From positions 84,816,001 through 84,880,000 of the forward strand of contig NC_086378.1 in assembly GCF_036588685.1 (NCBI RefSeq): DNA of 64,000 bases. The letters are read 5' to 3'. The position numbers and the translations under genes were made by a program. This document shows positions 1 through 12,455 of the stretch, piece after piece (the stretch's first letter is position 1; the number at the start of each line of letters is the position of its first letter). The notes beneath the pieces were generated by a model. The model saw nothing but the letters and a program-made list of their open reading frames with translations. It searched no databases and had not been told where the DNA came from. This stretch comes from Mytilus trossulus (Eukaryota).

Positions 1-699
1 AACTAGTTAAATTGAAAACTTATGCAAATGGTGTTTTTGAAATAAAACACTTCGTAATTGAGAAGAAATTTGCAATTTTGTTTGATTCTATTAACTTTTA
101 AAAATTTTGTCACTAAAGTAAACAATACAGTAAACATTTATCGCCTTCTCTAATAAAGAGCTTCGATTCTTTTGTTCTATTTCAACCTGGTTTCCGACTG
201 TAAAAGGAAACACTAATCCTAAATCATGTTATATATTGCCTAGCCTTATGTTTGTGATATCAAACCAGGATCATAAAGACTGTGACAGCTTGTAGATTAA
301 ACTGATATTTGTTTTATATATTCTGAGACGTTTTATGGCCACTAATAGTAATAAAAAAAAAACACATCCTTAACAAATTTGAATTCTATGCGACTATAAT
401 TGAGAGGTTAAGCTGGACATAAAACCAGGTTTTATCAACCATTTGTGCATGAAAAAATTTTCATTTTAGGAATTGTGACTTGAATTGATAGTTCATCAGC
501 ACTCATACCACATCTTCTTACTTGTTTTTTGTCTGTTCCATGTCAGGAATATGACAATTGTTTTTCATTTGTTTGATGTGTTTGAACTTTTGATTTTGCC
601 ATTTGATAAAGGACTTTCAGTTTTGAATTTTCCTTGGAGTTCGGAATTTTACTAATTAACTTTTTTTTATTATAATGTGATTATCTTTCTTTTTTCCAG

Positions 700-929
700 A
701 TGTTCCAGATTCTAGGAAATTTGATGTATCTCTAATGATATTATTACTTAGAAATCTGACAACATTGGTCCCACCTAGTAGTGGATATGAAACTCTACCT
801 TTATCATCAGAAACTACACCTGCTGCTGATTTAGCCAGAATTAAGTATTATAGGAATTTTTTAGCTCATTTGGATGATGGTAACATAGACAGTACCATGT
901 TCTCCACAGCATGGGATGAAATAACTGAT
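700..929 (+). CDS. Internal coding exon of HEPN-STAND-ankyrin gene: DZIP3-type HEPN domain (upstream exons lie outside the window or were not identified)
   Basis: Polypyrimidine tract and AG at 698-699; GTAAGT donor at 930. Reads (D)VPDSRKFDVSLMILLLRNL...TTPAADLARIKYYRNFLAH...AWDEITD, with the FDxxLMxxLLRN and RxxxxH (RNFLAH, 852-869) motifs typical of HEPN_DZIP3. Ends in phase 0. Confidence 0.85.
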
Positions 930-1877
930 GTAAGTAGACTTTAACTTCACAATTTAATTTTTATCGTGAAGAAATATTTCATGTTGTTGGACATGTGCAC
1001 AATACAAGTTTGTCGTAAATCTTGTCCATCATTCGTCTGCAATCCTTTTATCTACTCACCCTTAAACTTTGAATAAGGAATATAGAAATTTTCAATATAA
1101 TATCTGGGAAATATCAACATGATCAAGTTGAATAGAATTAAGGAAAAATCTGGTTATCTTTTAGAATAAGAAGGAAGGAAAGCTTTCCATGAAAAAGCTG
1201 CTTGTGTAATATTGATATTTCAAGAACCTAGAATCAAATGATAAGGTCGATTTCATGGCCATTGCCTAAGTTAATATCGTCATAATTGTAACATTTAAGA
1301 CGTACAGATGTGAGACAAAATGAACAATTTAGTATGCGAGGCAATATGACCATTTATTAACAAACTTACTACAATATGTATAGAAATGCCCATGCTTTAT
1401 AAAAGGAAAATTTCGACATCTGGTCATTATGAACGGAGAAATTGCTACAGCCAGGCATTACGAAATCTCAGTATGCATTACGAAATCACACCCGTGCATT
1501 ACGAAATCACAGTCATGCATTATGAACAGATGAAACGGGACATCGATCAAAACGAAACGGAAATATTGCACAGCCTTTTTCGAGTACGACTTTCGATTAT
1601 TATAACTGTTTCATGTCCGTTGTTCAATCCTCAGAATGCAGACTTAGAATAGTTAAACTGTCTGACTTATTCTTCCCAGCTTCTTTATATTTGCTAGATG
1701 AAATGAATTTTAATAACATAAAATTAAGAATTTGGATGAGAAATCAGAAATTAACTAACAGTCACAATGTTAACCAAGTTCCATGCAAAATTGAATCCGA
1801 AAAGACAAGTTGAAGTTCACCTATGAAATTCCTGTATCTTTTTCACGGTAAGTTTCTTACTCTTTGTTGAATCGAAT

Positions 1878-3396
1878 GTGAACAATTAAGTATGCGAGGC
1901 AATATGACCATTTAGTATGCGAGGCAATAGACATAATTAAGTATGCGAGGCAATATCACCATTTATAATGCAAGACAATATGAACAATTTAGTATGCGAG
2001 GCAATATGAACAATTTAGTATGCGAGGCAATATGACCATTTATAATGCAAGACAATATGAACAATTTAGTATGCGAGACAATATGACCATTTAGTATGCG
2101 AGACAATATGACCATTTAGTATGCGAGGCAATATGAACAATTTAGTATGCGAGACAATATGACCATTTAGTATGCGAGGCAATATGACCATTTAGTATGC
2201 GAGACAATATGACCATTTAGTATGCGAGACAATATGAACAATTTAGTATGCGAGACAATATGACCATTTAGTATGCGAGACAATATAACCATTTAGTATG
2301 CGAGGCAATATGACCATTTAGTATGCGAGACAATGTGACCATTTAGTATGCGAGACAATGTGAACAATTTAGTATGCGAGGCAATATGACCATTTAGTAT
2401 GCGATACAATATGACCATTTAGTATGCGGGACAATATGAACAATTTAGTATGCGAAGCAATATGACCATTTAGTATGCGAGGCAATATGAACAATTTAGT
2501 ATGCGAGGCAATATGAACAATTTAGTATGCGAGACAATATGACCATTTAGTATGCGAGACAATATGACCATTAAGTATGCGAGACAATATGACCATTTAG
2601 TATGCGAGACAATATGAACAATTTAGTATGCGAGGCAATATGACCATTTAGTATGCGAGACAATATGACTATTTAGTATGCGAGACAATATGAACAATTT
2701 AGCATGCGAGGCAATATGAACAATTTAGAATGCGAGACAATATGACCATTTAGTATGCAAGACAATATGACCATTTAGTATGCGAGACAATATGACCATT
2801 TAGTATGCGAGACAATATGAACAATTTAGTATGCGAGGCAATATGACCATTTAGTATGCGAGACAATATGACTATTTAGTATGCGAGACAATATGAACAA
2901 TTTAGCATGCGAGGCAATATGAACAATTTAGAATGCGAGACAATATGACCATTTAGTATGCAAGACAATATGACCATTTAGTATGCGAGACAATATGACC
3001 ATTTAGTATGCGAGACAATATGAACAATTTAGTATGCGAGGCAATATGACCATTTAGTATGCGAGACAATATGACCATTTAGTATGCGAGGCAATATGAA
3101 CAATTTAGTATGCGAGGCAATATCAACAATTTAGTATGCGAGACAATATGACCATTTAGTATGCGAGACAATATGAACAATTTAGTATGCGAGGCAATAT
3201 GAACAATTTAGTATGCGAGGCAATATGACCATTTATTATGCAAGACAATATGACCATTTATAATGCAAGACAATATGGACAATTTAGTATGCGAGACAAT
3301 ATGAACAATTTAGTATGCAAGGCAATATGAACAATTTAGTATGCGAGGCAATATGACCATTTAGTATGCAAGACAATATGACCATTTAGAATGCAA
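1878..3396. repeat. Minisatellite with 25/26-bp unit TTTAGTATGCGAG(A/G)CAATATG(ACCA/AACAA), ~60 copies
   Basis: Directly visible tandem array. More units at ~4186-4533 and ~5325-5662, and an isolated copy at ~1320-1355. Confidence 0.97.
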
Positions 3397-3714
3397 GTAG
3401 TTATCAAAGGTACCAGGATTATAATTAAGTACGCCAGACGCGCGTTTCTTCTACATAAGACTCATCAGTGATATTCAGGGCTGGTGATACCCTCCGGGAC
3501 GAAACATCCACTATCAGTGGCATCGACCCAGTGGTGTAAATACTTATTAAAGGTACCAGGATTATAATTTAGTACGCCAGACGCACGTTTCGTCTACATA
3601 AGACTCATCAGTGATATTCAGGGCTGGTGATACCCTCCGGTACGAAACGTCCACTATCAGTGGCATCGACCCAGTGGTGTAAATACTTATTAAAGGTACC
3701 AGGATTATAATTTA

Positions 3715-3762
3715 GTACGCCAGACGCACGTTTCGTCTACATAAGACTCATCAGTGACGCTC
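3715..3762 (-). ncRNA. Type I hammerhead ribozyme, core intact
   Basis: Minus strand: GAGCGTCA-CTGATGA-GTCT TATGT AGAC-GAAA-CGTGC-GTC|TGGCGTAC. Stem I GCGUCA/UGGCGU, stem II GUCU/AGAC, minimal stem III. Confidence 0.88.
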
Positions 3763-4061
3763 ATATTAAAATATACAAACAAGTACGAAGTTGAAGAGCA
3801 TTGAGGATCCAAAATTCCAAAAAGTTGTGCCAAATAAGGCTAAGGTTCTCTATTCCTGGGATAAGCAAATCCTTAGTTTTTTCGTAAATTCAAAGTTTTG
3901 TATTCAGGAGATTTATGAAAATGACCACATAATTGATATTCATGTCAACACCAAAGTGCTGACTACTGAGCTGGTGATACCCTCGGGGACGACATGTCCA
4001 CCAGCAGTGACATCGACCCAGTGGTGTAAATAGTTATCAAAGGTACCAGGATTATAATTTA

Positions 4062-4109
4062 GTATGCCAGACGCGCGTTTCGTCTGCATAAGACTCATCA
4101 GTGACGCTC
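4062..4109 (-). ncRNA. Type I hammerhead ribozyme, core intact
   Basis: CTGATGA-GTCT TATGC AGAC-GAAA-CGCGC-GTC|TGGCAT on the minus strand; palindromic stem III ACGCGCGT; one stem I mismatch. Confidence 0.82.
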
Positions 4110-4851
4110 AAATATTTATAAAGTACGAAGTTGAAGAGCATTGAGGATCCAAATCTCCAAAAAGTTGTGCCAAATAAGGCTTTGGCAAGACAGTATGAAC
4201 AATTTAGTATGCGAGACAATATGAACAAAGTTGTGCCAAATAGGGCTTTGGCAAGACAGTATGAACAATTTAGTATGCGAGACAATATGAACAATTTAGT
4301 ATGCGAGACAATATGACCATTTAGTATGCGAGGCAATATGACCATTTAGTATGCGAGGCAATATGACCATTTAGTATGCGAGACAATATGACCATTTAGT
4401 ATGCGAGGCAATATGACCATTTAGTATGCGAGACAATATGAACAATTTAGTATGCGAGGCAATATGAACAATTTAGTATGCGAGGCAATATGACCATTTA
4501 GTATGCAAGACAATATGACCATTTAGAATGCAAGTAGTTATCAAAGGTACCAGGATTATAATTTAGTACGCCAGACGCGCGTTTCTTCTACATAAGACTC
4601 ATTAGTGATATTCAGGGCTGGTGATACCCTCCGGGACGAAACATCCACTATCAGTGGCATCGACCCAGTGGTGTAAATACTTATTAAAGGTACCATGATT
4701 ATAATTTAGTACGCCAGACGCACGTTTCGTCTACATAAGACTCATCAGTGATATTCAGGGCTGGTGATACCCTCCGGTACGAAACGTCCACTATCAGTGG
4801 CATCGACCTAGTGGTGTAAATACTTATTAAAGGTACCAGGATTATAATTTA

Positions 4852-4899
4852 GTACGCCAGACGCACGTTTCGTCTACATAAGACTCATCAGTGACGCTC
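4852..4899 (-). ncRNA. Type I hammerhead ribozyme, core intact (duplicate of 3715-3762)
   Basis: Same sequence as the 3715 copy. Confidence 0.88.
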
Positions 4900-5199
4900 A
4901 TATTAAAATATACAAACAAGTACGAAGTTGAAGAGCATTGAGGATCCAAAATTCCAAAAAGTTGTGCCAAATAAGGCTAAGGTTCTCTATTCCTGGGATA
5001 AGCAAATCCTTAGTTTTTTTCGTAAATTCAAAGTTTTGTATTCAGGAGATTTATGAAAATGACCACATAATTGATATTCATGTCAACACCAAAGTGCTGA
5101 CTACTGAGCTGGTGATACCCTCGGGGACGACATGTCCACCAGCAGTGACATCGACCCAGTGGTGTAAATAGTTATCAAAGGTACCAGGATTATAATTTA

Positions 5200-5247
5200 G
5201 TATGCCAGACGCGCGTTTCGTCTGCATAAGACTCATCAGTGACGCTC
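5200..5247 (-). ncRNA. Type I hammerhead ribozyme, core intact (duplicate of 4062-4109)
   Basis: Same sequence as the 4062 copy. Confidence 0.82.
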
Positions 5248-6579
5248 AAATATTTATAAAGTACGAAGTTGAAGAGCATTGAGGATCCAAATCTCCAAAA
5301 AGTTGTGCCAAATAAGGCTTTGGCAAGACAGTATGAACAATTTAGTATGCGAGACAATATGAACAAAGTTGTGCCAAATAGGGCTTTGGCAAGACAGTAT
5401 GAACAATTTAGTATGCGAGACAATATGAACAATTTAGTATGCGAGACAATATGACCATTTAGTATGCGAGGCAATATGACCATTTAGTATGCGAGACAAT
5501 ATGACCATTTAGTATGCGAGGCAATATGACCATTTAGTATGCGAGACAATATGAACAATTTAGTATGCGAGGCAATATGAACAATTTAGTATGCGAGGCA
5601 ATATGACCACTTAGTATGCGAGACAATATGACCATTTAGTATGCAAGGCAACACGAACAATTTAAAAGCTGGTAACGAAATCTAACAAATACTGTCATAG
5701 ATAATTTCAATTTGAGATACATTTATATAAACGAGACAAATATAAAGTGAAACACATGGTAAGTTACTAGATGAGGTATTAACAAACAATAAAGGTTTAA
5801 TACCCTTCAAAAATTGGGTGGGATATAATATTAACAAAGTGTTCCTGTCCTGTCTGTCGGATTGTCCATAGATCTTGAAAGTGAGACTGATGCTTGAGGC
5901 AGAATAATTTTTGTAGCAACTGAATAGGACAGATTATTGTTTTGTCAAAAAGAGTGCAGATTATTTTTTGTCAAAATAGAGGCCAGTTTTTCTTTTCTTA
6001 AAAAAAAATTCCCCTCTTTTCCCCTTATTCTCTTTTTTTTTGTTTAGTCAATTTTTCTCTATTTGTAATTAAGTAATTTCTTGTCAATTCTTTAAAGCCC
6101 ATACCAGCCTTAATAAGTGATGGGTAGATGTTTAGGAGATTATGTAATTTAGGAAAACTTTAACTCAAATAGCTGTTTCCTATAATATGTTTGTTTTTGT
6201 TTTTGTTTTTGTCACTCACTAATTGTGTTTAAATAAAGATATTTATATAAAACAAAGGTTACAGGTTAAACCTTTTTAATATTTGAGACAATCATGCAGA
6301 AATGTTTTCCACACCGTACTTATTTTTCAGTTTCGGTTCTAATATTTTCGTTGATAACTCAGTGCCTAATTTCTTTGATAACTATTGTTCAATGATATAT
6401 TTGTACTATTTGTAAACATCAATATATATATATTTATACGTCATACTTTGAACGACAATTTTTGTTTATGTCTACCTGTGCAAATTTCAAACGTGCAATT
6501 TTACCCCAGTACTGAAAACCTTCTATCCTTTACGGGTAAACTTTACATGCATAAATTAAGTCGTATACGAATAACAAAA

Positions 6580-6950
6580 TTAGTATGTCAAATTTGATGT
6601 ATGCCTTTTTGTGCTTCTTCGTTACATTTGTTGTTTTTAAAGTGATATTAGGATGATTACACATTATTGACTGCTTTTCCCTTATTTTTGACATTTTTAT
6701 TCTTTGAGTATGTTTGTTCATTCATCGTTGACAATGTAATGGAATTTAATGCGACTGTCATAAAAGTGAGAGGTGTAGCTGGCTAGAGATCCAGGTTCAA
6801 TCCACCATGTTCTACATTAGAAAATGCCTGTACCAAGTCAGGGATATGACAGTTGTTATCCATTCGTTTGATGTGTTTGGACTTTTGATTTTGCCTTTTG
6901 ATTTTTGATTTTCATTTTGGAGTCTAGTATTTTTGTGTTTTTACTTTTTT
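6580..6950 (+). repeat. Dispersed interspersed repeat family, unclassified
   Basis: Shared motif AAAGTGAGAGG..AACCAGGTT(C/T)AATCCACCAT...TTTGATTTTGCC. Related copies at ~395-660, ~40130-40445 and ~40740-40866, and reversed at ~28940-29130. Confidence 0.7.
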
Positions 6951-9900
6951 TATGGGATAAATAATTAGAGGTCCTTGCGAATTTAAATGAACTTCAATCT
7001 AATATTTACTCATTTTTAGAAAAGATATTTTATCACACCTTTCGAATTCCCCCCCCCCCTTTTCAACTTATATAGCGCGTGAAGAATACTAAGGAAAACA
7101 TAGATTTTGTTTAAAGCACCGTACTCAGTATCAGCATGATAGGTCATTATATGATTTTAAATATGTTTACTGGTCTCAAATTTAAACATCGTATGGTGTT
7201 ACTTCATTAAATGTATAAAAAGGAATTTCAAAATTTGCCGTTAAAAATGTAAAACTCTGATCTTCTATTTGTATAACTACAGTTCCAATGTGGTGTAACT
7301 TCAATTCACACATTATAAAATTATATATATAATAAGAACACTTGTTCTGAAAGGTTGAAAGGCAAGATACAAAAAAACTATAACACAAAATAGATCAAGT
7401 TAGACATAACTTTTCAGCAGCAAATATTTCAAAAGGTAACAACACTCGTCAAACAAAAAATAACCGGAAAAATAAAAATAGCACACTCTTTTCTTTATGT
7501 CCCAAGCCATGATCGAGTTTCCAATTTAGAGCCGTTGTCTGTATTTTTCAGAAACTACATTGTTATAAATTATCGCATTAGTTTTCATGTTAATTTTACA
7601 TTTTTTTTTTAATTTAATAAAGCATCTCATTAAGACAAATACTCGATATGAATATCTAGCCAATTGAATTTTGGATACGCAAACGTCAAGTTATGTTCGA
7701 CACGAAGCGGTGGTTTTCTCCTGATTTGTGCAAGAAGTTACCTCCTCTTGATACAGTAAGATTTCCAGTGACACTAGAACAATAGAAAAGTCACTCTTCT
7801 TATGAAAGAGATAGAAAAGGTCTAAAAACAGGAGAGACAATTTACGCATAAAAACCGATATGCATATGGATGAATATCTCTTAGAACTCAAAACCATTAT
7901 ATAACTTTTATACAACCACTATAAATAAAGTATATGTTAAAGCTAAATTTGTTAATATATGATTTTGTTTTATTTCCAAACATGCTGTTAATTGAACAAT
8001 TTATTGTTCAACATAGAGGTGTGTAAAAAACTGCCAGATTTGATTGCATATTTTTCTTCTTTTTTTATAATAAAATATATTTCAAACCTTTATAATGTAG
8101 CTATCTGAGTATCCACTTTGAACGTGTTCCGAAATGTAATTTCGTCAAAGTTGTGTCATTTTGTCTATATGAATGTCGGTAAATTCGTATGATCGAGTAC
8201 AACCGACAAGAATATCGTTGGGACAACTCGATATAATGTAATCAATATACGTGAAAGAATACCTAATGTGAAGATTATCAAAATCAGCATATCATAATTG
8301 ATCAACACATTATGTTTGAACAACATGAGTCCTTTAATATAAAATTTTAAAGGTGCATATCATTTACATTCAACGTTTTTATTGGATTTTTTTTCTACAA
8401 TGTAACCTCGGGGTTCAACGTTGATAGTAAAACAAAATCCAAGAAATATTTTGAATGATATTGTAAATGATATGAACCTTCGAATTCTTATAATATCGGA
8501 AAAGAAAATATGTGATCCGAATTAACAATGCACGTGTGTAATAGAAGATTATGCACGTTAATGATGTACTACAGGGGATAAGGGTTTTTCTTAAACAATA
8601 TTATGATCCCAAATTTAATGAATTTTGTTGGAAATACTTTAAGATAAACACTAAATATAGCAAAGTATATGTTAAATCTCAAGGTATTATTATTAGGAAA
8701 AATGTTTGACTCGGTAAACAAAATCTTGCCTCCCCCGTATTGCATGTAATGGTTGAAACCTAAGGGATTCGCATTTACTGCCTAAAAGGGGCCAGCTACA
8801 GTCTTGAATCAGTGATTTTGTTTATAATAAACCAAATATTGTCTCACACTGAAAGAGGCAGGCGGGCAACATGCACAGCCCAGCTTGGCAAAACAAACAA
8901 CTACGATTTACAAAACATTACCAACCATTACCAACAAAAAACTTCAGTTGGGCAATCTTACTGGAATCTGATTATGGGCAATCTTACTGGAATCTGATTA
9001 TCTCTATGCAACACTAATGACACATTTAAGTTTTGGAATGATTTTATTCACAAAGAATGTTTCTCATTGGTATGCATTTCTATGCTCTTGTCTTTTCGGA
9101 GTTTATATTGGAAATTAAAAATTGCTGCATAAAAGAGACTAGCTCCAAATTCCTATGCATATGCTTGTCATATGTACGAGAAGCATTGCATAAAACATCC
9201 GTTTGATATCCTTTAAATGCATGACACTGTTTAGTGGTTTTTCTGCAAAAAATACAAGGAAAACTAGCTAAACTTGTGCTAAATCAAACACTTGAATCTT
9301 ACATCGCTATTGATGTTAAGCAACCGGTTTAAAGAGCCATCCGGAACTGTTGGGTTTTATGACAGTCTTCTTTCCATACAGACCATCGCTGCAAAATAAT
9401 TTGAACATTCAATTAGATGATTATAATATTATTTGGCAATCAAAAGAGACCTGAAAATATAAGACCACAACGAACAGAGACCCCCCCCTAAAAAAGTCAT
9501 TTTACTTTTCAATGAAATTGAAAAAGTAGTTAGTTGCATGTAAAATCATCTTTTGGCTGTCGACATCAAATAAATAAAATCTAAATTTCGTAGCAGTTTA
9601 CCCCCTCTTTTTTTTACTGAGCTTGTTCAAGAAATGGTCGTTTTATCCCTTTTCAGATTCAGTATGTCATGTTGTATATTTTTCATACATTAGTTGAACT
9701 TCTAGCATTTTCTATTTTTTATCATTTGACAAAATACTATGCATCTGAATTAAATTGTTTGCTATTTGAAAAAGCGCGCCTTCTTTTACTTTAATTTACT
9801 TCCCTTTATTTCACATAGCAACACAAATTAAAAACTGCCAATATTTGCTGTATATCAATTTTTCCCCCGATAAAAAAATATATATCATGCAACATAATCA

Positions 9901-9983
9901 ACTTTACAAATTGGGAGAAAATCAAGGTGTTCCAACCATTGGATAGTATTAAAAAAAAATAATGAAAGGAAGGCATGATTACA

Positions 9984-12455
9984 AAAAAAGGGACAGTCAA
10001 ACTCATAAATCTAAAACAAACTGACAACGCCATGGCTAAAAATGAAAAAGACAAACAGAAAAACAATAGTACACATGACACAACATAGAAAACTAAAGAA
10101 TAAACAACACGAACCCCACCAAAAACTAGGGGTGATCTCAGGTGCTCCGGAAGGGTAAGCAGATCCTGCTCCACATGCGGCACCCGTCGTGTTATCGTTT
10201 ATTAAGCAATTAATGTAATGACTTTTACAGACATTTATCAAGCAATTAATGTAATGACTTTTACAGACAAAAACGATGTTATTTGGGGCTTTGTCTGCGG
10301 GGACAACAACATATTTATCATGGAGGTCGGATAGGTGTTTAGCAACATTTGGGTCTTTAAAGATTGACGTAGCATGGGCATTGATGGACCCATTCAGTTT
10401 CTTAATTCTGATTTGTATTAAGGACCTCACTGCCTTTATCCATTCGGATAGAGTGTCTACGTCTTCCTTCTCCTTGCCTGGCATAATCCTCGACTGAATC
10501 CATCAAAATTTTAAAGTTGTATTTCCAATGATGGATTTAGGCTCACGATATTTCGGACCTTTTGATAACACGTTTCGTAGAGAAGTGTTATTAACAATGT
10601 TAAGGTCACCGGTAATAACGTGGCCAGCAGGATTATATGTGAATTGGGAACTAGCACAAGTGCAATCAGGAGGTTTAGACTTGAAGTCGTCAATATCGAG
10701 ATCCTGCAAAACGCGTTTGTAATTGAAAATTTTAGTTGCAATAGGTTTGGTATAGGTATAAGAAATTATTGGTACAGACTGGTCTTTAAAATAAGGAGGT
10801 ATTTTCGATTGAACTATTTTAGATGAAGGATATTGCCAAGGTTGATGCCATCGAGACCTTTGTTGGCAAAGGAAATATTTAGAAAAGATCTTTTCTCTTT
10901 TACATGTTTTCCAATGCGAACTGGCTTGAAAAATCTGTGACTTGCAATATCCGAAATTATAGCTTGAAGTTTGTATTGGTTTGAATGAGGGTTTGTAACA
11001 GTGGATTCCAAACATAATTTGAACAGAGAATGAAGTTTTGAAAGGGGTAATGAATAAAGTTTCGTGCGAATGTGATGAATACCTAACGGTTTTTGTATGA
11101 ATGGCAGCAATTCATCAATAGAGACATCATGCAGAGAGGGTGATGTATAATGACGATGACCATGACTGCGTCTACGTCGAGGAGTCGAGTTGAAAATATT
11201 CATTACATTCACCGAGTTACACGAAGGACTAGATAGAATACCTATACCATCAATTTTGTCATTGCAGCCATACGGTGTTGCAGTTCCCAATCGTCTAATC
11301 CAGTAGTCTTCTTTTTGTCTACGGAGAGTCGTTGAAAGATTAGGATTGTTAGAGCAATGGTATATCTTTTCGATAATGCGAACTGTCATAGAAACGATGG
11401 AATGATCAGGTTGATTGAAATGCTGGTATAGAATGTCGTTAGCATTGAGGTTAATGTCTGATCTATGACCGCACATCCGTTTGTTTATCCTTCCTTTCGT
11501 TTCACCGACGTATACCAATCCGCAAAGGTTGCACTCTAATCCGTAGACGACATTTATCGATTTACAATTCAGATCATCGTAACTTCTGGTAAAATATGAC
11601 TTCTTGGTCAAATTGCTAGTGATTTCAGCATCTGTAATTAAAATAGCACAAGTTTTGCAGCCTTTGGTCTCACATTTTGAAATGCGACAGTGTTGTACTG
11701 TGTCATCAAAAACCAAAATGTCTTTAAGGAGAACTGAACATGGCTGTATATGTGTAATGTTGCTGTTGTCACTAGGACGATGATCTGAATGAGTCGTGTT
11801 TGGGATATTTGTCATGTCTGGTGATGAGGGGACACCTGCCGTATCAGACGACACCGTGTCCATGGTGACGTCTGTTTCGGACCTTTTTATACTGGGCGAC
11901 GTCCGAGCCAGTTTCCTGTTAGTTCTTCGTAAGTTCATGCAATTGTTGTTTTGCTACTGGGCGGATGATGTCCTCGGGGACAAATTGTCCACCAGCAGAG
12001 ACATCGACCCAGTGGTAATAAAAGAGGGACGAAAGATACCAAAGGGACAGTCAAACTCATAAATCTAAAACAAACTGACAACGCCATGGCTAAAAATGAA
12101 AAAGACAAACAGAAAAACAATAGTACACATGACACAACATAGAAAACTACAGAATAAACAACACGAACCCCACTAAAAACTAGGGGTGATCTCAGGTGCT
12201 CCGGAAGGGTAAGCAGATCCTGCTCCACATGCGGCACCCGTCGTGTTGCTTATGTGATTACAAATCCGGTTAATAGTCTAATTCGGTAGGTCAAATTCAT
12301 GAAAGGGAAGGTGATTGTATTTACGACGTAAGGAAAATATCCGATATCATTTGTGAAATGGTTATTCCATAACGGTCAACCAACTAGTGATGGCGTCCGT
12401 AAAATTTACGAAGGGATGATTTCAACTTCACCATTTAGAACTCTTGATTTAATAG
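9984..12455 (-). mobile_element. Penelope-like retroelement with N-terminal GIY-YIG (Naiad/Chlamys-type domain order), RT core deleted, flanked by direct copies of its 3' end (pseudo-LTR)
   Basis: ORF 10814..11938 has a Cys cluster (CxxxxCxxC) and VVYGLECNLCGLVYVGET...RMCGHRSDI (GIY-YIG). Frameshifted continuation KGPKYREP...VVVPADKAPNN (RT N-terminal part). 3'-end repeat at 9984-10195 and 12017-12455; the latter encodes the RT C-terminus KSSLRKFYGRHH*LVDRY. Confidence 0.88.
10814..11938 (-). pseudogene. PLE polyprotein N-terminal part, GIY-YIG endonuclease
   Basis: 374-aa ORF with GIY-YIG motifs and EDYWIRRLGT...PYGCN; ends by frameshift, with the continuation in ORFs 10503..11015 and 10011..10484. 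Confidence 0.85.

Larger units (their letters stand above)
3397..5662 (-). mobile_element. Two tandem copies (offset 1137-1138 bp) of a composite block: two 143-bp mini-retrozyme units + one ~347-bp retrozyme monomer + a partial monomer + minisatellite units
   Basis: Identical ORF-track peptides at 4052/5190 and 4131/5269. Eight hammerhead-type motifs start at 3429, 3572, 3715, 4062, 4566, 4709, 4852 and 5200. Confidence 0.88.

Noticed and set aside
1878-3396. CRISPR-like array
   Set aside because: Units are contiguous with no unique spacers, there are no cas genes, and the context is eukaryotic; it is a minisatellite. The same applies to 29531-29990.
9806-10183. Hydrophobic ORFs MPHVEQDLLTLPEHLRSP... 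(also 11935..12237, 52846..53166)
   Set aside because: Translations of the T-rich PLE 3' UTR repeat, not membrane-protein genes.
10814-11938. Selenoprotein-type PLE ORF
   Set aside because: No in-frame TGA in the 374 codons, the ORF ends by frameshift, and no SECIS was recognisable by eye (SECISearch would be decisive).
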